Positions 1 through 6,153 of a DNA stretch of 10,205 bases are shown here, piece by piece; the stretch's first letter is position 1, and each line of letters starts with the position of its first letter. The DNA is taken from positions 1 through 10,205 of the forward strand of contig JBBRRY010000057.1 in the NCBI GenBank assembly GCA_038245905.1. The letters run 5' to 3'. A program made the position numbers and the translations under genes. The stretch comes from Thermoanaerobaculia bacterium. Lineage in GTDB: Bacteria; Acidobacteriota; Thermoanaerobaculia; UBA5066. The notes below the pieces were generated by a model. It did not search any database. It saw nothing but the letters and a program-made list of their open reading frames with translations, and had not been told where the DNA came from.

Positions 1-1
1 G

Positions 2-1375
2 CGGCTCTTCCGAAACCGCGGCGACGGCACGTTCGAGGAGATCACGGCATCCTCCGGCGTCGTCACGGCGGGGCCGACGCGTTCCCTCGCGTTCGCCGAC
101 GTGAACGGCGACGGTAACCTCGACCTCTTCGTGTGCGGAACTGGGGACTACTACAACCAGATGCCGGATCCGCCGTTCGACGCGAACGACGGGCGACGCA
201 ACTACCTGTTCCTCGGCGACGGCAAGGGCTATTTTCGCGACGTTTCTGCAGAATGGGGCGTCGAGAAACCCACCCGCTGGTCTCTCTCGTGCCTCTTCGC
301 GGACTTCGACGGCGACGGCCGGCCGGACCTCGTCGTCACGAACGACTTCGGCCTGAAAAACCTCTACCGCAACGTCGACGGAAAGCGTTTCGAAGACGTG
401 ACGGGGAAGCTCGGAGTCGAGGACCGCGGCTACGGGATGTCGGGCGCGTGGGGCGACTTCGACGGCGACGGGCGAATCGACCTCTACACGACAGGCACGT
501 ACACGCAGTGGGGATTCCTTCACGAATACCCCGGGCTCCCCGTGCCTCTCCCCGGCCGGATCTTCCGGCCCATCGCGATTTCGTGGATGGAGAAGATGTG
601 CCGCGGCAACTCCCTGTTACTTCAGACGGCCAAGGGCACGTTCGACGACGCGACGGCGCGCTCGGGGGCCGGGCGTGCGGGCTGGAACTGGAGCGTCGCC
701 GCCGCGGATCTCGACAACGACGGCAGCCTCGATCTCTACGCGACAAACGGGATGTGGGACGACGGCCGCACGCACGACCGCGAGCTGGAATTCTGGTGGG
801 AGACGCTCGCGTATTGGGACGACTACATCGAGATGAAGAAGACGTTCGACCGGAAGGGCGCGGGCGTTCAAGGAATCGAGCGCGACGCGTACTTTCGGAA
901 TCGCGGCCCGGGAAGCCGTCCGCTCTTCGAGGAGCGAGCGTTTCTCGACGGCCTCGACCTCCAGACGAACGGCCGCGCCGTCGTGGCCTTCGACGCGAAC
1001 GGCGATGGCGCGCTCGACCTCTACGTGCGCTCCGTTCAGGGTCCGGAGGCCCTCTTCCTCGGCAGCCGGAAGAGTCCGGACGCCGAGCACTTCCTCAGGC
1101 TCCGGCTGAAGGGAACACCGGGAAAGGACAATGCGGCCGGCCTCGGCGCGCGCGTCACGGCGACGCTACCCGGCGGTCGCGTGCTCGTCCGGGAGAGCGG
1201 CTATGCGAGCGGGTATCTCGCGACCGGCAGCCCCATCGTCCATCTTGGGCTCGGCGCGGCCACGCGAATCGAGAAGCTCGTCGTCCGCTGGCCCTCGGGC
1301 TTCGTGCAGGACCTGGGGCCCGTCACCTCGATCGACCGGACGTTGATCGTCGACGAATCCAAAGGCTCCCTATAA
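2..1375 (+). CDS. FG-GAP repeat / ASPIC-UnbV domain protein (CRTAC1 family), 5'-truncated by the window edge
   Basis: The frame is open from nt 2 (RLFRNRGDGTFEEITASSGV...LAFADVNGDGNLDLFV), so the GTG at 101 is internal. Repeated Ca-binding FG-GAP motifs: DVNGDGNLDL, DFDGDGRPDL, DFDGDGRIDL, DLDNDGSLDL, DANGDGALDL. C-terminal ASPIC/UnbV signature: N..GLGARV...SGYLATGSPIVHLGLG...IEKLVVRWPSG. Stop TAA at 1373-1375. Confidence 0.92.
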   Translation, partial: RLFRNRGDGTFEEITASSGVVTAGPTRSLAFADVNGDGNLDLFVCGTGDYYNQMPDPPFDANDGRRNYLFLGDGKGYFRDVSAEWGVEKPTRWSLSCLFADFDGDGRPDLVVTNDFGLKNLYRNVDGKRFEDVTGKLGVEDRGYGMSGAWGDFDGDGRIDLYTTGTYTQWGFLHEYPGLPVPLPGRIFRPIAISWMEKMCRGNSLLLQTAKGTFDDATARSGAGRAGWNWSVAAADLDNDGSLDLYATNGMWDDGRTHDRELEFWWETLAYWDDYIEMKKTFDRKGAGVQGIERDAYFRNRGPGSRPLFEERAFLDGLDLQTNGRAVVAFDANGDGALDLYVRSVQGPEALFLGSRKSPDAEHFLRLRLKGTPGKDNAAGLGARVTATLPGGRVLVRESGYASGYLATGSPIVHLGLGAATRIEKLVVRWPSGFVQDLGPVTSIDRTLIVDESKGSL

Positions 1376-1376
1376 T
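1371..1376 (+). promoter_or_regulatory. Putative -10 box (TATAAT) for a leaderless halogenase transcript
   Basis: Perfect TATAAT overlapping the upstream stop codon, exactly 6 nt before GTG 1383. No SD and no convincing -35. Confidence 0.6.
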
Positions 1377-1382
1377 CCGCGC

Positions 1383-3011
1383 GTGAACGAATCCCTTCCC
1401 TCCACGGACCCTTCCTACGACGTCGTCATCGTCGGAGGCGCGATCGCAGGCGCGTCGACGGCGGTCCTCCTCCACCGTCGCATGCCGGAGCTGAAAATCC
1501 TCGTCGTCGAGAAGGCCGCGGCCTTCGACTGGAAGGTCGGAGAGTCGACCGTCGAGATCTCGTCGTACTTCCTGACGCGGGAGCTGAAGATCCACGACCA
1601 CCTCTCGCGCGAGCAGCTCCCGAAGCAGGCCTTCCGCTACTGGTTCAACAACGAGAGGGTCACGTGCCTCAGGGAAGCGTCCGAGACGGGACCGACCCAG
1701 CTCGCGAGAACGCCGTCCTTCCAGATCGACCGCTCGAAGCTCGACGAGTACGTGCTCTCACTCGCGAAGAACGAGGGCGCCGAAGTCTGGCGGCCTGCGA
1801 AGGTCGTCGACGTCACGCTGAACGGCGAGGCGGGCAATACCCTCACGGTCGAGAAGTCCGACGGGACGCGTGCGTCGGTGGCCTGCAAGTGGGTCGTCGA
1901 CGCGACCGGCCGGCAGGCGATGCTCGCGCGAAAGCGCGGCGGCGTGACGCCGATCCAGTCGCATCCAATCTCCGCGATCTGGGTCCGGTATCGCGGCGTC
2001 AAGGACATGGACGGCCCCGAGGTCGTCGGCACGGACTCGGCCGATCCGTTCCACCGGGCCGTCATCGCCCCGCGCAGGCTCGCCACGAATCACTTCACGG
2101 GCTGGGGCTACTGGATCTGGTTCATCCCGCTCCAGGGCGGGGAGACGAGCGTCGGGCTCGTCTGGGACACGCGCCTCGTTCAGCCGGCGGGCGCGACACC
2201 GCTCGAGAAGCTCACGCGCTTTCTCGACGCGAACCCGCTCACGAAAGAGCTCCTCACGCACGCCGAGGCGATCGACGACGACTGCCGTATCTACGGCCAC
2301 CTTCCCTACTACGTCGATTCCTTCATCGGTCCCGGCTGGACGTGCGTCGGCGACGCCGGCGGCTTCCTCGACCCCTTCTACTCACCGGGCCTCGACCAGA
2401 TGTCCTTCTCGGTCTATTCGCGCATCCGGCTCATCGAGCAGGCGCTGAGAGGCGCTCCCGCGACCGAGATGGCGGAGGAGTACGAGCTTCACAACAAGCG
2501 GTACACGCGGTTCTTCACGTATTTTTACGAGGCGATTTTCCGCGACAAGTACTACGTCATGGGCGACTACGACACCATGACGACCGTCTTCCTCATGGAC
2601 ACGGCGCTCTATTACCTCGCGGCCGTCATCCCCGTGTATCGCTGGTCGTCCGAACGGCTCGGCCTCCCGCCGTATTACCAGGATGGCTCCGAGATCGCGT
2701 TCTACCCGATGCGCTTCTACAACCGGCGCCTCGTCTCGATCGCGAAGAGGAAGAAGGCGCTCGGGATCTACGGGAACCACAACGCGGGGAGGCGCCCCGG
2801 TCTCGTTGGATTCTCGGTCCGTGGCGCCAGCTGGATCATGCTCGGGCACGGCCTCGTGCGCTGGGCGAAGGCCGAGGTCGCGAACGCGTGGACCTATCTC
2901 GTCAAGCCGGCGCCGATCGGGGGACCGGTCCCCGAGCTTCCGCCGGGTGAGACGCAGAGGGCGGCCTCCGTAGGCCCGCTCCCCGCCACGGCTTCTGCGA
3001 GCGGCACCTAG
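1383..3011 (+). CDS. Flavin-dependent halogenase family FAD oxidoreductase (tryptophan halogenase superfamily)
   Basis: 542 aa. N-terminal FAD-binding motif YDVVIVGGAIAG, KVGES motif, Lys81 in QLPKQ (positioned like catalytic K79 of PrnA/RebH), QIDRSKLD, VVDATGR, halogenase signature WIWFIP (aa 244-249, WxWxIP) and GDAGGFLDPFYSPG (from aa 323). Confidence 0.88.
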   Translation: MNESLPSTDPSYDVVIVGGAIAGASTAVLLHRRMPELKILVVEKAAAFDWKVGESTVEISSYFLTRELKIHDHLSREQLPKQAFRYWFNNERVTCLREASETGPTQLARTPSFQIDRSKLDEYVLSLAKNEGAEVWRPAKVVDVTLNGEAGNTLTVEKSDGTRASVACKWVVDATGRQAMLARKRGGVTPIQSHPISAIWVRYRGVKDMDGPEVVGTDSADPFHRAVIAPRRLATNHFTGWGYWIWFIPLQGGETSVGLVWDTRLVQPAGATPLEKLTRFLDANPLTKELLTHAEAIDDDCRIYGHLPYYVDSFIGPGWTCVGDAGGFLDPFYSPGLDQMSFSVYSRIRLIEQALRGAPATEMAEEYELHNKRYTRFFTYFYEAIFRDKYYVMGDYDTMTTVFLMDTALYYLAAVIPVYRWSSERLGLPPYYQDGSEIAFYPMRFYNRRLVSIAKRKKALGIYGNHNAGRRPGLVGFSVRGASWIMLGHGLVRWAKAEVANAWTYLVKPAPIGGPVPELPPGETQRAASVGPLPATASASGT

Positions 3012-3099
3012 AGCAAAGCTTGAAGCGTCTCCTCCCGTTCTCCGCGGCGGAGCGAGGCGCGCTGAGGCTGTCGAGACTGAGACGCCTCCTCGACGAAGG

Positions 3100-3108
3100 T
3101 GATAGATT
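3100..3108 (+). promoter_or_regulatory. Putative extended -10 promoter (TGaTAGATT) for the CSLREA gene
   Basis: TGnTAnnnT match in an AT-richer intergenic patch about 50 nt upstream of ATG 3157. SD-like AAGGGAG at 3145-3151. Confidence 0.45.
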
Positions 3109-3156
3109 CCAGTTTCAGAATCTGCAACCACGCGGCAGATGGCAAAGGGAGTACAT

Positions 3157-5127
3157 ATGCAAGGTCCTGGAAATGCCGTCGAAGTGAAGGTACTCCGCGG
3201 GCCAAGGCCTGCTGTGGCTTGCTCAGCGGCCTTTGCCGCGCTGCTGCTCGCAGCGGCGCCGGCCCGTGCCGCCACGATCACGGTGACGAGCACCGCCGAC
3301 ACCACCGCCAACGACGGCGCGTGCACGCTTCGGGAAGCAATCATCGCCGCGAATACGGACACGATATCGGGCGCCATGGCCGGTGAGTGCGCGGCGGGCA
3401 CGGCGGGCCTCGACACGATCGCCTTCGCGATCCCGGCCGCCACCGATCCCGGCTGCGTCGTCGGGACGGGGGTCTGCACGATCATCCCGGCGTTCACGCT
3501 TCCGAACATCACGACTGCCATTACGATCGACGGGTATACGCAGACCGGCGCCGTCGCCAACACCAACACGGTCGCCTCCCGCCTGGGACTGAACGGCGCA
3601 CTGAAAATCCAGCTCCGGGCTTCTCCCGCGGGATCGCTCAACGGCGTGATCATTCGCGCGCCCGGAGTCACCGTACGCGGTCTCGTCGTCAACAACTTCA
3701 ACATCGGCATCGACGTTAGGCCCGGCTCGGCTGGCACGGTCTTCCTGGAAGGGAACTACGTCGGAACCGACGTCGCGGGTACTGCCCTCGCCGGGAATCT
3801 CGCGCTCGGTATTCAGGCATTCGGAACGGGCAACGTCGTGATCGGCGGAACGACGCCTGCGGCACGCAACCTGATCTCCGGAAACGGACGCTCCTCACTC
3901 GGACCGGGGATCTTCACCGCCGTGGACGTGGGTGTGACGATTCAGGGGAATCTGATCGGGACGGACGTGACAGGGCTCGTGGCCATCGGAAACGGCGGGC
4001 CCGGTATCAACGCGAACCCCGGCACTCTGGTGACCACCGTCGGAGGGACGGCCGCGGGGGCGGGCAACCTCGTCTCCGGAAACGGATACAACAACGTCTC
4101 GATCTTCGGGGGAACAGGCCACTTCGTTCAGGGCAACCTCGTGGGCACGAACATCACGGGCACCGCCACGCTCGTCAGCGACATCGCGTTCGTCCCCGGC
4201 AACCCGCGCAACGGCGTCAACCTGGTCAACACGAGCAACACGCTCGTCGGGGGCACGACGGTCGCCGCGCGCAACATCATCTCTGGAAACGTGAGCGGCG
4301 GCATCGACATCTCGACGGTGATCGGCAACGTCGGTGGAAGCAATCAGGTGCAGGGGAACTACATCGGCACCGACATCACGGGGACGATCAACCTTGGAAA
4401 CTCGGGCATCGGCGTGCTCCTGTCGAATTCGCCCGGCTCGTCCATCGGCGGCTCCGTCGCGGGGGCACCGAACATCATCGCCTTCACCGTAGGAGGCGTC
4501 GGTATCGGGACGGCCCTCGGCGTCAACAATTCATTGCTGGGAAACTCGATCCATTCCAACGGAGGAATCGGCATCGACCTCGGAACCAATTTCCTCGACG
4601 GGGTCACGCCGAATACTCCCGGCGGCAGCCAGAACTATCCCACTCTCACCGCGGCGCCGATCGTGGCCGGAACCGTGAACATTTCCGGCACTTTTAACGG
4701 CACGGCCAGCAGCACGTTTCGTGTCGAGTTTTTTTCCAACGCCGTCTGCGACGCAACGGGTTTTGGGGAAGGACAGACGTTTCTTGGCTTCACCAACGTG
4801 ACGACGGATGGCGCCGGCAACGCAAGCTTCGGCCCCCTTCCATTCGCCGTTCCGCCGGGTCAGCCCATCATTACTTCGACCTCGACGGGCCCGAGCGGTA
4901 ATACATCCGAATTCTCCGCTGCACAGCCGGGTGCCTGCTCCGCCCTCCCGACTCCCACCCCGACCGTGACTCCGACGACGACCCCAACGATCGGAGTGAC
5001 GCCGACGCCCACCGCTCCTCCGGCGGGCGGGGCTGTCTCCGTGCCCACGCTGGCGCCGGGCCTCATGGCGCTGTTCGGCGTCGCTCTCGCCGCGATGGGG
5101 CTCCTGCTGCTGAGGAAGAGCAGCTAA
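3157..5127 (+). CDS. Secreted/surface CSLREA-domain protein with right-handed beta-helix repeats, Pro/Thr linker and IPTL-CTERM-like C-terminal anchor
   Basis: ATG 3157 is preferred over 3139 because AAGGGAG lies 5 nt upstream. Signal peptide ends ...AALLLAAAPARA|ATITVTSTADT. CTLREAI matches the CSLREA motif. Four GN.(I/V)GT(D/N)..G / GG.....N.ISGN-type repeats, a PTPTPTVTPTTTPT linker, and C-terminus VPTLAPGLMALFGVALAAMGLLLLRKSS (sorting motif + TM helix + basic residues). Confidence 0.85.
   Translation: MQGPGNAVEVKVLRGPRPAVACSAAFAALLLAAAPARAATITVTSTADTTANDGACTLREAIIAANTDTISGAMAGECAAGTAGLDTIAFAIPAATDPGCVVGTGVCTIIPAFTLPNITTAITIDGYTQTGAVANTNTVASRLGLNGALKIQLRASPAGSLNGVIIRAPGVTVRGLVVNNFNIGIDVRPGSAGTVFLEGNYVGTDVAGTALAGNLALGIQAFGTGNVVIGGTTPAARNLISGNGRSSLGPGIFTAVDVGVTIQGNLIGTDVTGLVAIGNGGPGINANPGTLVTTVGGTAAGAGNLVSGNGYNNVSIFGGTGHFVQGNLVGTNITGTATLVSDIAFVPGNPRNGVNLVNTSNTLVGGTTVAARNIISGNVSGGIDISTVIGNVGGSNQVQGNYIGTDITGTINLGNSGIGVLLSNSPGSSIGGSVAGAPNIIAFTVGGVGIGTALGVNNSLLGNSIHSNGGIGIDLGTNFLDGVTPNTPGGSQNYPTLTAAPIVAGTVNISGTFNGTASSTFRVEFFSNAVCDATGFGEGQTFLGFTNVTTDGAGNASFGPLPFAVPPGQPIITSTSTGPSGNTSEFSAAQPGACSALPTPTPTVTPTTTPTIGVTPTPTAPPAGGAVSVPTLAPGLMALFGVALAAMGLLLLRKSS
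3748..4490 (+). repeat. Four degenerate ~65-75 aa beta-helix protein repeats inside the CSLREA gene
   Basis: EGNYVGTDVAG..IGGTTPAARNLISGN; QGNLIGTDVTG..VGGTAAGAGNLVSGN; QGNLVGTNITG..VGGTTVAARNIISGN; QGNYIGTDITG..IGGSVAGAPNIIAF. Confidence 0.8.
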
Positions 5128-5134
5128 AAGCCGG

Positions 5135-6037
5135 TCACTTGTTCCCGGACAGGTCCGCGTAGACGATCGACACCCAGGCGTCCGGCTTCATAAAGCCCTT
5201 GCCCCATTTCTCGTCGAGGGCCGCCGTGGGCTTCGCCGCCTTGACCTCGTCGAGCGTCTTGCCGGCCTTGACGAGCGTCGCGACGGCGTCGCGCGACGCG
5301 GCGAGCATGTCGCGGAACGCCTTCAGGTCGGCCTTGTTCCCGAGGGGCCCGTGGCCCGGGATGATCTTCGTGGACGCGTCCCCCATGGAGAGGCCGCGGT
5401 CGCAGGCCGCGATCATCCCCGCGATCGAGCCGCCGGACGAGAGGTCGACGAACGGATACATGCCGTTGAAGAACGTGTCCCCCATGTGTAGGACGTTCGC
5501 CTTGTGGAACTGGACGATCGCGTCGCCGTCCGTGTGCGCCGGAGGAACGTGGAAGGCGTCCACGTCGTCGCCGTTCACGTGGAACGAGAGTGAATCCACG
5601 AACGTGACGAGCGGGAGCGCGATCGCGGGCGAGGGCGACGTCTTCGAGTTGAAGACCTTGTTGAACTGCTCCGTCGACATGCGCTTCCTCACGTTTTCGT
5701 GCGCCACGATGACCGCACCGGTCTTTCCGAGGTTCTCGTTCCCGCCGACGTGATCTCCGTGCCAGTGCGTGTTCAGGACGAACCGGACCGGCTGCGCGCT
5801 GACCGCGGCGATTGCCGCCTTGATTCGGTCCGTGAGGGGAGCGTACTGACTGTCGATCAGGAACGCGCCTTCCGTTCCGACGGAGAGCCCAAGGTTTCCC
5901 CCCGCGCCCGTCAGCATGTAGAGGCCGTCCGCCAGCTTCTCGGTCTTGATCTCGACCTTCGAGAAGTCCTGCTGGGCGGAGGTGGGAAGGGACACGCAGA
6001 CGGCGACCGCAGCGGCGAGAACGAGTTTGTTTCTCAT
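5135..6037 (-). CDS. Secreted MBL-fold metallo-hydrolase (cyclase/glyoxalase II-like family)
   Basis: HxHxDH motif NTHWHGDHVGGN, AHTDGD, HMGD and IIPGHG metal ligands. Start moved from 6103 to ATG 6037, which gives a signal peptide MRNKLVLAAAVAVCVSLPTSA|QQDF; 300 aa. Confidence 0.9.
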   Translation of the reverse strand: MRNKLVLAAAVAVCVSLPTSAQQDFSKVEIKTEKLADGLYMLTGAGGNLGLSVGTEGAFLIDSQYAPLTDRIKAAIAAVSAQPVRFVLNTHWHGDHVGGNENLGKTGAVIVAHENVRKRMSTEQFNKVFNSKTSPSPAIALPLVTFVDSLSFHVNGDDVDAFHVPPAHTDGDAIVQFHKANVLHMGDTFFNGMYPFVDLSSGGSIAGMIAACDRGLSMGDASTKIIPGHGPLGNKADLKAFRDMLAASRDAVATLVKAGKTLDEVKAAKPTAALDEKWGKGFMKPDAWVSIVYADLSGNK

Positions 6038-6043
6038 GCAAAG

Positions 6044-6049
6044 AGAATA
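6044..6049 (-). promoter_or_regulatory. Putative -10 box (TATTCT) for a leaderless MBL hydrolase transcript
   Basis: Minus strand reads ...tcttc TATTCT ctttgc ATG: TAnnnT exactly 6 nt before the start, in an AT-rich patch, with no well-placed SD. Confidence 0.55.
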
Positions 6050-6153
6050 GAAGATTTCCTTGAAGGTGAATACACGGGAGAATGCGCGGGCATTCAGGCA
6101 CATCCTGCGCGGATCTCCAGCTCCTTAAACCCGCCTCGGGGACCTCGAGTTCT

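Noticed and set aside
133-2950. Long Arg-rich alternative-frame ORFs (133-1386, 1664-2950, and similarly 2382-3737, 5124-6101, 6125-7081, 7394-8773)
   Set aside because: Off-frame or antisense products of GC-rich coding DNA overlapping well-supported genes.
3005-3150. c-di-GMP riboswitch upstream of the surface protein
   Set aside because: GCAAAG and GGCAAA fragments are present, but the GEMM two-hairpin arrangement with GNRA tetraloop and receptor is not.
4945-5020. DNA tandem repeat or CRISPR-like array
   Set aside because: Degenerate codons of a Pro/Thr protein linker; no identical repeats or spacers.
5135-6037. Metallo-beta-lactamase antibiotic resistance gene
   Set aside because: The HxHxDH fold is shared by many hydrolases; this resembles the widespread cyclase-like subgroup and has no mobile context.
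6131-6150. Intrinsic terminator after the prolyl oligopeptidase
   Set aside because: The stem has a mismatch on the transcribed (minus) strand and only a 3-U tail.
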